Shown here: positions 18,245 through 29,409 of the stretch, piece after piece
Layout: each line of letters begins with the position of its first letter
Numbering within the stretch: position 1 is the first letter of the stretch
Origin: a virus
Lineage: Duplodnaviria; Caudoviricetes
Reading direction: 5' to 3' (one strand)
Virus record (IMG/VR): IMGVR_UViG_3300021957_000133
Coordinates: 1 to 35,966 of that record
Length of the DNA: 35,966 bases
Notes under the pieces: model-generated
Databases searched by the model: none
What the model saw: the letters and a program-made list of their open reading frames with translations, nothing else
Told to the model about the DNA's origin: nothing
Position numbers and translations under genes: made by a program

Positions 18245-20278
18245 TCAAATATTTGTTAAAGCATCTTTATTAAATACAGGTTGTACATCAGCTTCAACAT
18301 TTACTTGCACTGTATTCATTATCTTTTGCTGTAAATTAAAAATTAACTCAAAACACCTATTTAATGTACCTGTTAAATTTTCCTCGTTCCCATGCACATA
18401 TAGATTTTCTATCTCTTGATTAAGTAATTGCTTAAAGTCAATCTCATAGTTATAATCGTCTAACTCGAGAATATCATTAACAAATTTACCAGTAAATCTA
18501 CCAATAATGTTGTTTTTAATAGCAATTGTATCATTGATAACTTTAAACAGCTCAGTATTAACAACAGAATTCTGTATAAAGCTATCTGTATTCAAAGAAA
18601 ATGCTGCACTACCATAATTATTGTAGTTAACATCCTTTATTACTCGTTGATATGCATTTTGAGTAGGTTCATCAAAGAAAAATAGTCTACCAGTAGTTAG
18701 CATAATAGCACGATCAGAAGAACTCACACCAGGAAAAATAGAGAATGATGTAATTTTGTCATCCAATAGACCGTCAACAGCAGCTGTTGTTGGAATACTA
18801 GAAGGAGCAGCATCAGTCGCTTGATTTACATTTTCAACTTCAATTTCAATACCTAAATTCCATATGAAATCAGCATTAGAATAATCTATATTAATAAAAT
18901 TCCATCTATTATTAATAGTATTAACTTCTACTTCTTTATTTTCAAGAACTTCTTCTAGAGCTATTTCTTCTGTTGTTTCAGTAAAATCGAGTAAATATAA
19001 ACGCTGTGTTCTAAACTTACCAATTATTTCAACTGGACGCGTTTTAAATTTTTTGTAAACTGTCTTATCTGTACCAAAATACCAATAATTACTATCCGTA
19101 CCAGAGAAAGTTAATGAATTAATAGTTTCATTTAATCCTAATGTATCATTTAAAGTAAACTTCTCACTAAAGCGGTAATTATCACCACTAAATCTATATA
19201 AGAATGGGGTTCTGACAGTAATTTTATTTGTAGTAATATCTCTATAAGTTATAACATAAAGCGAATTAAAGTTAGGATCATATCCCATTGCTCCAAACGT
19301 CTCTTTGCTTAGCTCAACAGAAGTAATTCGTGTTATAAAGTTAAAATCACCATCAAAAATTTTAATATTTCTGTTACCAGAATCAAAAACCGCTAATTCA
19401 GAATTGTTAGCTGCTAAGAAAGTAGGTTTATTAAATTTAGTTTGTCGTGTTGCACCACCGAAACCACCAACTAATTCTATATAGTTTCTTCGAAATCTTA
19501 AAGAGCTATCATTATTACTATATCCAGCAATATCATATTTTAAAACTACATTATTTCCAGTATCTGATATATATAGGAAATCTTTTGTTGAGGTGATACC
19601 TCCTAATTCGTTAAAAGATAGATCATTATTTTGACTCTCATACCCTGTAGTATCTTCAACTACAGTTAGTGCGGTATTATTCCCAGTTAAGCATAATAAA
19701 TTAGTTTTAGTTATTGCAAATAGTGAAAACTCACCACTTAACGGCTCAATATTAGTTTGCGCAGTTGCAGCAACCACATTACCAAATGCACTTAAGTAAT
19801 TATTGTTTTCAAACCTACTATTAGCAGAAAAAGCTGGAGTTGAACTATCCGATATACCTATTTCAAACTCGGTTGCAGATACTGATGATACTGATGCGTA
19901 GCGTAGGCTAGTAGCAAAAGGTAGCTTATTTGATGGTATAAACAATTTAGAATATACGTATGTATTATTCTCTCTTAACTTATCTAACTTAAATTTAAAT
20001 AACTCATAATTAAAATTATCATTTAAAGCAAATAAACACTCATTTTGGGTATTGGGTAACTCTAAGTCGAAATCTGCAACTACCCTATCCCTAAAATAAC
20101 TTGTATAAAACTGATCTGTTCTATAAGTACCTTTAGGTGTAAGTGTTTTACCAGTACTCACTTCCTTTGCTAGACCATCAACGGTTTCAGCAAAACCATA
20201 GAAATCACTACCAGTTAATGTAAACATATCACCGGAGGTGTAAATCTTTTTGTAGCTATAATAATTAGGAATTGCCAT
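18245..20278 (-). CDS. Structural protein with NHL-type beta-propeller repeats
   Basis: LYISDTGNNVVLKYD and FNKPTFLA...AVFDSGNRNIKIFD repeats; in the tail operon. Confidence 0.7.
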   Translation of the reverse strand: MAIPNYYSYKKIYTSGDMFTLTGSDFYGFAETVDGLAKEVSTGKTLTPKGTYRTDQFYTSYFRDRVVADFDLELPNTQNECLFALNDNFNYELFKFKLDKLRENNTYVYSKLFIPSNKLPFATSLRYASVSSVSATEFEIGISDSSTPAFSANSRFENNNYLSAFGNVVAATAQTNIEPLSGEFSLFAITKTNLLCLTGNNTALTVVEDTTGYESQNNDLSFNELGGITSTKDFLYISDTGNNVVLKYDIAGYSNNDSSLRFRRNYIELVGGFGGATRQTKFNKPTFLAANNSELAVFDSGNRNIKIFDGDFNFITRITSVELSKETFGAMGYDPNFNSLYVITYRDITTNKITVRTPFLYRFSGDNYRFSEKFTLNDTLGLNETINSLTFSGTDSNYWYFGTDKTVYKKFKTRPVEIIGKFRTQRLYLLDFTETTEEIALEEVLENKEVEVNTINNRWNFINIDYSNADFIWNLGIEIEVENVNQATDAAPSSIPTTAAVDGLLDDKITSFSIFPGVSSSDRAIMLTTGRLFFFDEPTQNAYQRVIKDVNYNNYGSAAFSLNTDSFIQNSVVNTELFKVINDTIAIKNNIIGRFTGKFVNDILELDDYNYEIDFKQLLNQEIENLYVHGNEENLTGTLNRCFELIFNLQQKIMNTVQVNVEADVQPVFNKDALTNI

Positions 20279-23200
20279 GATCAATGAATGTTATGTTATT
20301 AATTTTAGTACCTACTGGTAAAAACTGCTTAGCTTCTGCTAATATACTAGTTTTAATTTGATCTCTCACAATAGAGTTTGTAAGATTAAGATCTCTTACA
20401 ACTATATCAATTAAGTTAGAAGAATTATTTCTATTAAACTTAAAGAATTGCTGTATCTCAGTTTTTGATGTTCGTTGACCACCTGGTAAAGATAATGTAA
20501 TATCATCAATATCTTTAGTTGAAAGGTAAATTGCAAATATCTCTTCTGTGCTAATAGCTCTATCGTAAATAAATGGATTACGTACAATCAGATCTTTAGA
20601 GTAATAATATTTAGGTTGCCTCAAGTATGTAGCAAGATCAAGATTACTCTGGAAACCAGTTGATCCTATAAAGAACTGATCAGAGAAAATATCTTGAATT
20701 AAATACTTTCCTGGTTGAAAGGTTTGATTTTCATATAGATCTCCGTTTATATATAAAGAAGAATTACCTTGTAGACTATCAAGCCTATACGTGAAGTTAT
20801 AAAATCCTGGCTCAAAAGAGCTTGGTTGGAAAGATATGGTCTGATTTAGGACATCCTCGGTATCCAGATAATTTCTTAAACTCAATTTAAAATCTATAGA
20901 TGTATTATTATAAATCCGATTAATAGCATTATAATTAGTAAGATTATTTTGACTTGTATTATCACATAGATAAACACCTGATAGAGCTGTAGCTGTTAAT
21001 GTAGGAAACAACCCTTTTGCTAAATACATGTTTTTATCACTTCCTTCAGCAAGAATTACTGGGTATTGATATTGAATACCTTCAATATATTCATTAACCC
21101 AATCAATAGATGTGAATGCACCACCAGATAATGAAAACGTAGTATCATTAAAAGGTATTGGTATATTAATATCACCTATACTACCAGATAGCAAAAATAC
21201 AGCGCTAGTGTTATGTATAAAATATTTATCTGTAGTTAGAGTTACAATAGTATCATTTAAAATATTAAAGTCAACGATTTGGTCATTTGACTTAAGAAAC
21301 GACTGCGGTCCAAAATCTATATTATGCTTAACTATAAAATTACTTACTTTGTAAAAGAATGTATTATTGTTTTCCCATTTAGTTTTTGAACCTGGCAACT
21401 TATAAACTGTATCATTGTAATCTACTACATTATCATACAAACACATCTCATCCTTATAGACATCAAACTCTGTAGAAGAAAGAGCAGATACAGACATAGT
21501 GTTAATATTCATCCGAGTAGTCTTTTGATCAGAAGATATAAAGTCAATATGATCATGCTCCATATGTGTACCATAGTAATCTAAAATACCTGAACCACAT
21601 TCAAGCTTAATCTTATTACCTTGAGTATTTACTTTATAATATATATTACCAGCAGTTGCAACAATATAATCATCTAATGCACTTCTCTTGAAAACATGTT
21701 TAATTTTTGTTTTAAATTCTACTTTGTTAAGTAATACAAAATCCGTATTGTATATATACAAAGTATAATCTCCAACAACATGTATAAATGGCGTTACTGT
21801 CTGATCTTGAAAAATACCAAATCCTCTGTTAGTATTATTACCAATTAATTCAAAACCATAATTAACCGTAGGATCTAGATACATATCGAAGTTCAAGGTA
21901 AATGATTTAGAGTCATTAATTGCATCTTGAACATTAAAACTGGTATAGTTACTACCATTAAAAGTTAATTCCTTACCGGTGTAATCTACACAAATATTTT
22001 CTGATTCACCTCTTACAATTTTAGATGTGATATAGCTATCATACGATGATATTAAAGGAGCAGACGAATCGATAATTTCTGTAATATCCGCGCCACCGAT
22101 ACGTTGATATTTAATATCGATATTAGGTTCAATAGCCGCATCACTCTTTTTATCGAAAAACTTTTCTCTCGCTAGAACAGCATCTGCAACAGATAAATCA
22201 ACACCATCAACACTATCATTTAACGCGGGTGCATATCGAGCTGAACTTGAAAGAGCTGCTGTTTTTGTAATTTTATCAGGGTAGTAGTATCTATCAACCC
22301 AGATACCAGTTTCTTCTAATGAACTACCAGATAACCAAGTACATAAATACCTACCATTATCATATTGAGTAGAATTTTGCCGTTTAATAAAAATCTTATC
22401 TGAAAGCTGTGGCGTCGGTCCAGCAAAAGCGCCATTATTTACAAATGTAGAATCATTTATATTTAATTTAGTATAAGGGTAAGTTGAAGATGGTGCTTGG
22501 AAGTAAGTATCCGTACCATTAGTAATAAATACATCTTTATTGTAAAAGGTGTAATTTAGTATAGGATTTGTTAATCCTCCTTCCTGATCATTACCTAGAT
22601 AGAGGTTGTTATAATCTCGATTTTCATAGCCAGGTAATCCATAAGGAGTATCAATTAAATTACTACCACGCTTAATAAAGTTAAATTCAGATCTACTAGT
22701 GTCGAGAGCAAAGTAGTTAATAGGCATCTTATCACTAGATATTGTATTATAGTTAGTGATAAACATATACTGACCATTATCATCAAATGAACTCCGTTGT
22801 GTATTAAGAGTTAAATTAGATGCATTTTTTGAGCTATATGAAATAAAGCTATTATTAAGAAACTGCTTGTTAGTATCGAGGTTATAATCAATATTAATTA
22901 AATTATTAAAATCTCTATTTAAACCAGAAGGTTGTAGAGGGGCCATAATAGGTACTATACCGGTAGGTATAGAGCTTAACGTAAAGATGGTAAGGGTTGT
23001 ACCAATAGTTTTAAATAACTGTAAGTAACCATCATCGTCTAAATTATATCGGAAAACATCATTTCGCTCTTGCGTTATTTCCTTGTAGTTATCAGTATTT
23101 TGATAGAAAACAAACTCTCCACCTGATAGGGACACACCTGAATAATTAAGGTAAAAATCAAATATACCGTTATTATGTTTAATTCTTAATAAATTATTAT

Positions 23201-23621
23201 TAAGTGCTTCTATTTCGAAAAAGTAATTATTACTAAATGAATTTGCTGCATTTAAAGGACGTACGCCAAGAGGCTTTTGTTGGTTGGTCGCGACCTCACC
23301 ATCAGAGTTAAAAATATATAGATATTGGTCTAGTTCTCCTAAAGCTCGTTGAAATCCTAATTTAGTAACAAATGATGTACTCTCATCTCCAGCTATACTA
23401 GATAATTGCAAAAAATCAGAAAGCTTACTTTTGTTAGTAATATGAAAGGATGTATAGTTATTAATTTTACTATCTTTCGCACCTGATAGCGCGGTAATAT
23501 TATTTACCTGAAATCCTTGCTCTAAAACACTATCATACTGATCTAGTGTGACAAATCTATCGTCATATTCCCCTGTTGGGAAAGAGATTGAACTAACAGA
23601 TTTTGTATATGAAGAACTCAT
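20265..23621 (-). CDS. Large structural protein, 1118 aa, with LamG/concanavalin-like segments
   Basis: SFTLNFDMY and YNFTYRLDS..GNSSLYINGDL segments; TAAATA 6 nt upstream. Confidence 0.65.
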   Translation of the reverse strand: MSSSYTKSVSSISFPTGEYDDRFVTLDQYDSVLEQGFQVNNITALSGAKDSKINNYTSFHITNKSKLSDFLQLSSIAGDESTSFVTKLGFQRALGELDQYLYIFNSDGEVATNQQKPLGVRPLNAANSFSNNYFFEIEALNNNLLRIKHNNGIFDFYLNYSGVSLSGGEFVFYQNTDNYKEITQERNDVFRYNLDDDGYLQLFKTIGTTLTIFTLSSIPTGIVPIMAPLQPSGLNRDFNNLINIDYNLDTNKQFLNNSFISYSSKNASNLTLNTQRSSFDDNGQYMFITNYNTISSDKMPINYFALDTSRSEFNFIKRGSNLIDTPYGLPGYENRDYNNLYLGNDQEGGLTNPILNYTFYNKDVFITNGTDTYFQAPSSTYPYTKLNINDSTFVNNGAFAGPTPQLSDKIFIKRQNSTQYDNGRYLCTWLSGSSLEETGIWVDRYYYPDKITKTAALSSSARYAPALNDSVDGVDLSVADAVLAREKFFDKKSDAAIEPNIDIKYQRIGGADITEIIDSSAPLISSYDSYITSKIVRGESENICVDYTGKELTFNGSNYTSFNVQDAINDSKSFTLNFDMYLDPTVNYGFELIGNNTNRGFGIFQDQTVTPFIHVVGDYTLYIYNTDFVLLNKVEFKTKIKHVFKRSALDDYIVATAGNIYYKVNTQGNKIKLECGSGILDYYGTHMEHDHIDFISSDQKTTRMNINTMSVSALSSTEFDVYKDEMCLYDNVVDYNDTVYKLPGSKTKWENNNTFFYKVSNFIVKHNIDFGPQSFLKSNDQIVDFNILNDTIVTLTTDKYFIHNTSAVFLLSGSIGDINIPIPFNDTTFSLSGGAFTSIDWVNEYIEGIQYQYPVILAEGSDKNMYLAKGLFPTLTATALSGVYLCDNTSQNNLTNYNAINRIYNNTSIDFKLSLRNYLDTEDVLNQTISFQPSSFEPGFYNFTYRLDSLQGNSSLYINGDLYENQTFQPGKYLIQDIFSDQFFIGSTGFQSNLDLATYLRQPKYYYSKDLIVRNPFIYDRAISTEEIFAIYLSTKDIDDITLSLPGGQRTSKTEIQQFFKFNRNNSSNLIDIVVRDLNLTNSIVRDQIKTSILAEAKQFLPVGTKINNITFIDHGNS

Positions 23622-23655
23622 TATACTTATTTAATCTGGAAGCTAGTTGTTGCAA

Positions 23656-24195
23656 TCAATCTTTATCGAAGAATGTAGTATAGGTTCTCCTATTAAATCT
23701 AGATTGTAGGTTAGCAATAGTATTTGATGCAGATGTGCCGATCATTTGAGTATTAAGGATACCAAGTTTTTCAATACTATCATAGTATGATTCTTTCAAT
23801 AACCTAATTGGTTGAAAGATATTAGCAAAAAAGCCATCATTGAAATATATAAGAAATTGAACACTCAGACTTGTTACTTGCGTGCTTAGAGTAGGGGTAT
23901 ATGTATGCTCATATTCTTCTAGAACACTACCACCAATTTTACCATATAGTACTTCGTTTAAAATAGATTGCTCTCTATAATCATAAACAACATCTCTTTG
24001 ATAGTACTCGATATTACTATTATCACCCCAGTTAATATCTAATGTAAGAGCTTTGCTCTTAGATTCATCAATACCTGTAAGTACAAACATTATAGACGGC
24101 GCGCCTTTAAAAGTAACTTCTTCTAAAGTTGCAGATATAGATGACTGAAGCGCTGTCCCACTTAAAGCAGGTAATTTAATAAAAATATTTGACAT
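23656..24195 (-). CDS. Structural protein, 179 aa, PKD/Ig-like
   Basis: LDINWGD...YEHTY motif; coupled to the upstream gene. Confidence 0.6.
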   Translation of the reverse strand: MSNIFIKLPALSGTALQSSISATLEEVTFKGAPSIMFVLTGIDESKSKALTLDINWGDNSNIEYYQRDVVYDYREQSILNEVLYGKIGGSVLEEYEHTYTPTLSTQVTSLSVQFLIYFNDGFFANIFQPIRLLKESYYDSIEKLGILNTQMIGTSASNTIANLQSRFNRRTYTTFFDKD

Positions 24196-27122
24196 TAGAT
24201 TGTAACAGTAAAGTTGTTAGTATTGCGTGTGAATGCTCCGGAGTTAGCTGATATAGAGCCAAACATCGAACTTAATCCAAATGTGGTTGATCTTAATATA
24301 TCATCATTATCTTCATATTTGTAAATACTCTGTAATGTTAGATCATTATCAACCTGCTTAAACGATACATCGATAAAATGTGACATATCATTAAGATCAT
24401 TTACAATATAAGTTAACTTAAATATATCATTTTTCTTATTATATGCTATTTTCGGTGTATGAACTTCTTCAATTGTATAGTTTCTCAAGGCACTTAAACC
24501 TAAGCTCAAAGCTGCGGTATTAACGTTAAATACACTTAAAGTAGTAGATGCTGTATCGGCAGGATAAACTCTATTTACCTTGTTATCTAGTATAGAGTAT
24601 TCATAAATCTCCGGGTAAACTGTAAGATTGTTTTTAGGTGAAGCTTCACAGCTATTAACTCCAATAGTTTGAAATCTAGCAAAGTATACCTTACCAGTAC
24701 TCTCTACGTAGAACCTATTTGAGAACGTTTCTGCACCTACAGAGCTACTTACACTATATAATGTGTTAACTGTACTCGGCTTATTAAATTTAGAATCTTT
24801 ATACTCAATCTTATCTATTAAAAGATTAGATTTAGTTTCTAAGAAAATAGTATTTTGTATAATATCAAAATCTAGTAAAGATAGATTTATATCTGTTTGA
24901 ACACTTGTTGAATACTTTTGAAGTATGTTTGAAAGTGCAGTAGAGAGTGGTTGAGAATCAGAATAAGAACCATTCTTTACATATAATCTACCATCCAAAG
25001 CTTTACGCTCTTCAGTCGTAAGAGTTAGATCTTGAGAAGATAATGTTGATAATACAGTAGCACCACGAGGATCAGGGTTATCTAGATATCGATAATTATC
25101 TGAATAAATAAAATCATTAGGTAGATTTACCTCATCTGTAAAGAATCCCCCATCGTAATTAGTATAAGGGTCACCCGCTGATAGGTAATATCGGATATCT
25201 TGCGTAAAGTCAATTTCAACATCTCCTGTAGCAAGAAGAAAATCTGCTTCAGTTGTAATATCAGATAGCGGAGTCTGATCAGTAGTTAAGACAACCTCTT
25301 CAGGAAAGGTACCTTCTGCAAGAACTGTGTAATAGTAATTTAGTGGTGAAGGAAAATCTGGACCTATTCCAGATATTGGATTAGGTAACTCACTACCATC
25401 AAAAAAGGTAAATGCCCCACCATCACGCCAGAACGGCTTGAGATTTCTAGTCTTCTTAATAAGATTTTGATAAGGTGAAAATTCTCTAAAATATAACGTT
25501 AAAAAGGTGTTTAACCCCTGGTATCCGTTTGTATTAGCTGTTAATCCAGACCTAATAGTATCACCATTTACACTAGCCGTACTATAGTTAAAATTATAAC
25601 CTTCATTTATATCCCAAAAAGTATGACCATCTAATAATAAGTTTTTAATATAGTCTTGATCTGTAATTCTTGGTTGTAGTGGTGTATACTTAAGTAAAGC
25701 ATATTCATTACCAAAAATATCTGTTTGATATTTATCAATAACTCCTTGATCAAACAGATCTGTAAAGTTTAGCTTATAACTAATATCATTTAACTCTTTT
25801 AATTGAGTGCTATTACGTTCTTTTGTAGTATATGGCTCAAAAGTAGTAACTTTATTTGTAATTTTTGGATCACCAGAAGCTATACCACTAGAAACGTTTC
25901 TTACATTATCACGGTAATCAAACTTATAGTATACCGGGTAACTACTAACCGGGTTAACTGATACATTACCATACTTATTTGGATCTGGAAAAATAACAAA
26001 TTCGTTACTTAAAGCGGAAAGATTAATTGAATACGTGTAAGTTTCAGCTTGTAACTTAAATAAACCTATATTATCTGGTTTAAAGTTTAACCCTATATCT
26101 CTCAATAATCTAACGTCATTTGACTCAACTTGTGCTGCATCTGCACCTAGTAAGTTTAATGCATTTGAAGTTGGATTATCAGCAGCAATTAATAATCCAG
26201 ATGTAGGTGGGGTAGTGGTAGTATCTATATAGTAGATATCTGTACCTAAATACTTCTTAATTAATGACCGCTTAAGACTATATACTTCTGCTAAACTAAG
26301 ACCACCAGTTTTATATGCATTAGTTGCTTGAACAAGCTCATTATCTGGATTACATATAGCATCAAACTCCTCTGGTGTAACAGCCGGTGGATTAATTTTA
26401 AAGGTTCTAATAGCACCGATAAAGTTTTTTTGACCAGTAATAGCTTCGATTGCTAAAGGATCTAAATAATATTTTGTATCTATATTATTAATATTATTGG
26501 CTTCACCACCGGATGGTAAATCAAAATAATCACCATATACGTCAACAAATTCTTCTATCTCTATACCCAGTCCACTTACTGAAGCAGCAATAGTAGCAGT
26601 TTCTACTTCTTTTGAATCCTCCGCTGTAAATATAAAATTATAAATATTATCGAAAATTGCTTTTTCAACACCTGTAGTGCTTCCTTTAAGCTTATTTCTA
26701 TCAATAACATACTTACCTTCATCTCTCTTCTTCTTGTAAAAGAGTGCAATATCTTTTAACCTGTTGGCAAAAAATGGTATAGCAATATCAAGATCGGAGG
26801 AATTATTGAAGTCTATATTTTCAAGAAATCTTTTCTCACTCTCTGTTGTATAGCTAATAACAATCTCTTTAATAAATTGTTGATAGTAATCTTTAAATTG
26901 TGTTTTTTGCTCTTGAGCAGATATATCTTGAAGCGAGTACCAGTTTTGAAGATAGGAGCTATAAAAAGAGCTATATTCTTCTGGTGAATAATCTGCTTGA
27001 GTATAATTTATAAAGTCTAGAAAGGAGAACGGGGCAACATTATCTCTATAATCATCATTCTCAATCTTTGAGTTTGTGATAGAGTAGTTAACTACAACTG
27101 TTCTGAGTGATTGGTTAGACAT
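24195..27122 (-). CDS. Large virion/baseplate-region protein, 975 aa
   Basis: Long ORF in the baseplate cluster; no diagnostic motif recognised. Confidence 0.6.
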   Translation of the reverse strand: MSNQSLRTVVVNYSITNSKIENDDYRDNVAPFSFLDFINYTQADYSPEEYSSFYSSYLQNWYSLQDISAQEQKTQFKDYYQQFIKEIVISYTTESEKRFLENIDFNNSSDLDIAIPFFANRLKDIALFYKKKRDEGKYVIDRNKLKGSTTGVEKAIFDNIYNFIFTAEDSKEVETATIAASVSGLGIEIEEFVDVYGDYFDLPSGGEANNINNIDTKYYLDPLAIEAITGQKNFIGAIRTFKINPPAVTPEEFDAICNPDNELVQATNAYKTGGLSLAEVYSLKRSLIKKYLGTDIYYIDTTTTPPTSGLLIAADNPTSNALNLLGADAAQVESNDVRLLRDIGLNFKPDNIGLFKLQAETYTYSINLSALSNEFVIFPDPNKYGNVSVNPVSSYPVYYKFDYRDNVRNVSSGIASGDPKITNKVTTFEPYTTKERNSTQLKELNDISYKLNFTDLFDQGVIDKYQTDIFGNEYALLKYTPLQPRITDQDYIKNLLLDGHTFWDINEGYNFNYSTASVNGDTIRSGLTANTNGYQGLNTFLTLYFREFSPYQNLIKKTRNLKPFWRDGGAFTFFDGSELPNPISGIGPDFPSPLNYYYTVLAEGTFPEEVVLTTDQTPLSDITTEADFLLATGDVEIDFTQDIRYYLSAGDPYTNYDGGFFTDEVNLPNDFIYSDNYRYLDNPDPRGATVLSTLSSQDLTLTTEERKALDGRLYVKNGSYSDSQPLSTALSNILQKYSTSVQTDINLSLLDFDIIQNTIFLETKSNLLIDKIEYKDSKFNKPSTVNTLYSVSSSVGAETFSNRFYVESTGKVYFARFQTIGVNSCEASPKNNLTVYPEIYEYSILDNKVNRVYPADTASTTLSVFNVNTAALSLGLSALRNYTIEEVHTPKIAYNKKNDIFKLTYIVNDLNDMSHFIDVSFKQVDNDLTLQSIYKYEDNDDILRSTTFGLSSMFGSISANSGAFTRNTNNFTVTI

Positions 27123-27134
27123 CGATATAATTAT

Positions 27135-29381
27135 TTAGGTATCAAAAAGGTTCAAGCCTTCGTAAAGTGAGTTAGCAAAGATATTAGACATAATACCGTT
27201 ATCTTTTGACCAATCGTTGTAAGATGTGATACCATAAGTTAACGTATTATTAGGATCATCGAAATTAATAATAGAATCAGTAATGTCACCAACAGAACTT
27301 GCTTGATAATAGAATGAATAGATATCTGTAATTTCTCTATTACCACCGGATAATAATGGCCAACCCCAGGTTTCATTATAATCACTAAGATTATAAAATT
27401 GAGTTGATGACATTATATCCTCTGTTAATAGACCGGATAATGCTTCTGTAAGTACTGAGCAATTAGATGCACGTTCTAACGTTATAGGCTCACCTTCGGA
27501 TATACGTTCAGATGAAGTAGCTGTTAATACTCCTGTAACTGTACGATATACTATTCCATCTGGTATAGTTATGGTTGGAGCAATTCTCGCACTTAATGGT
27601 AGAGATGTATTCAGCGTTATATACTTACCACTATATAGTTCATTTGCTACTATAGGATCCCCTGGAACTATAATACTGTTAGGTGTAAGTTTCTCACCTA
27701 AGTTATAACCATAAAAATTATTAGATCTATATCCATAAGATTGATACTGAGTTCTATCTCTATTTCGTTTACCGAAAAGCTTTGACTTACTAATAGAGAG
27801 TAAATCCATTAATCTTGCTAGCTTAGGAGGTAGAGAGTATTTATTAAGTTTAGGTAAATCGAGCATTTGAAGTAACCCATCAAGTTGATTGATGTTACTC
27901 TCATCTATAACTGTATTATTCTTTAAAAAGTTTTGGATCTTTTCATACGTAGCCTTACCTATTGAATCTTGAGTAGAGCTTAAGTCGCCGAAAACTGTTC
28001 CTAAAAAGTCTTTCATTAAGACTCTAGCATCAGTAAATAGAGGTTGGATAGCAATTTCTTTAAATGCATCTTCAAAGTCTATATTTTCGTTCTGTTTTGC
28101 TATGGTATAGTAGCTACTAGGATTAATAGTAAATGTATTACTTGCTCCGTTTAAGAAAACGCCATTATAGTTACCTTGTGCTCCGGACAAGTATACATTA
28201 TTAAGAGGTACAGTATTGTTAGATACAAAATAACCTTTGTAAAATCCACCATTAGATAAAGATGAGAGAGTTCCAAAATCCGACGTAAACTCCGCATCAT
28301 AAATTGTTGTACCATCAGTTAACTTAAAATTAATAGCACTAATACTACCTTGAGTAGCACTTAACACTGGTGCAGATCGGTTACTAAAATTATCCTGATC
28401 TTTTACTTTGGCAACAAACGCTATTTTAGTTCCCGCAAACTTCTCTGAGCTTATATTAAATACACTAAAGTTATCAGCTCCTTCTCCATCAATACCATTT
28501 GATGAAAAGTCTAAACTATTATATTGTGCATTCGAGGTAATAGTTGCTTTCATACCATAGTTGGTAGTATTTGCATATTCGAATATATCACCTTGTTGAA
28601 AACCAAATATTAAATTATAATTATCAACAAAATCACTCTTAAAGTATACATCTGATGTACCAGAAACTCCAGCAAAAAATCCATCTATATCTGATTCATC
28701 AGTATATACAATCTCATTACTACTTAACTTAACGTATAAAGGGGTATCTATAGTTTCAATTGCATTAACGTTAAGAGTTTCAACTATACCGTTAGAAGTA
28801 AGTATTTGAACGAAAGAATAACTAGGATATAAATGCCCGTACGCTAATTTATCGTAACCATTTTTAAAGAAATCGTACTCGCTGCTAGATAAAGTTGCAC
28901 CTGATGCGTATGGAACGATCGTTGATAATCCGGTATTTAAGGTTCTATAAGAATTATAACGTTTTACGTTTATTGGATTAACTACTTTACCAGCTTTATG
29001 ATTTATATCTGCTGAACTAGTTACTACTAACTCATCTTGAACAAAGTCTTTAATGTTAACATCAGCATGGAAAGTATCTAGATAACCATTACCTGCATCA
29101 TCATAAAGAAAACAATTTACTCTATATGAACCTGGTTTATCAAATGCATGAGTAGCAGATACAGCTTCTGCAGTTGTACCATCTCCAAAATCCCATACTA
29201 TGCGCTTATTAGATACAAAATCTTGAATAGTGGGATCTAAGTTAGGTATAAAGGAAAGTGGTGCAAAGGGTAACGCGAACCCTTCATATGTTTCCTCACC
29301 GCTAATGTTCTTCACATAGAAGAAATTATACAAAAGATCAAATTCACCGGATTGATCGAGTTGTAGAGAACTGAGCGACAT
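27135..29381 (-). CDS. Baseplate wedge-region protein with N-terminal PKD domain (positional gp7 equivalent)
   Basis: IVWDFGDGT...ATHAFDKPGSYRV PKD motif; directly follows gp6. Confidence 0.65.
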   Translation of the reverse strand: MSLSSLQLDQSGEFDLLYNFFYVKNISGEETYEGFALPFAPLSFIPNLDPTIQDFVSNKRIVWDFGDGTTAEAVSATHAFDKPGSYRVNCFLYDDAGNGYLDTFHADVNIKDFVQDELVVTSSADINHKAGKVVNPINVKRYNSYRTLNTGLSTIVPYASGATLSSSEYDFFKNGYDKLAYGHLYPSYSFVQILTSNGIVETLNVNAIETIDTPLYVKLSSNEIVYTDESDIDGFFAGVSGTSDVYFKSDFVDNYNLIFGFQQGDIFEYANTTNYGMKATITSNAQYNSLDFSSNGIDGEGADNFSVFNISSEKFAGTKIAFVAKVKDQDNFSNRSAPVLSATQGSISAINFKLTDGTTIYDAEFTSDFGTLSSLSNGGFYKGYFVSNNTVPLNNVYLSGAQGNYNGVFLNGASNTFTINPSSYYTIAKQNENIDFEDAFKEIAIQPLFTDARVLMKDFLGTVFGDLSSTQDSIGKATYEKIQNFLKNNTVIDESNINQLDGLLQMLDLPKLNKYSLPPKLARLMDLLSISKSKLFGKRNRDRTQYQSYGYRSNNFYGYNLGEKLTPNSIIVPGDPIVANELYSGKYITLNTSLPLSARIAPTITIPDGIVYRTVTGVLTATSSERISEGEPITLERASNCSVLTEALSGLLTEDIMSSTQFYNLSDYNETWGWPLLSGGNREITDIYSFYYQASSVGDITDSIINFDDPNNTLTYGITSYNDWSKDNGIMSNIFANSLYEGLNLFDT

Positions 29382-29409
29382 ATAACATATTTAATCACTC
29401 AACTTACGT

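Noticed and set aside
18212-18247. TGA stop of the NHL protein is in frame with the next gene (possible read-through fusion)
   Set aside because: Intervening 33 nt contain the downstream gene's own TAAATA box; the nearby hairpin has a 16-nt loop unlike a SECIS; several TAA-ended neighbours are also in frame, so chance is sufficient
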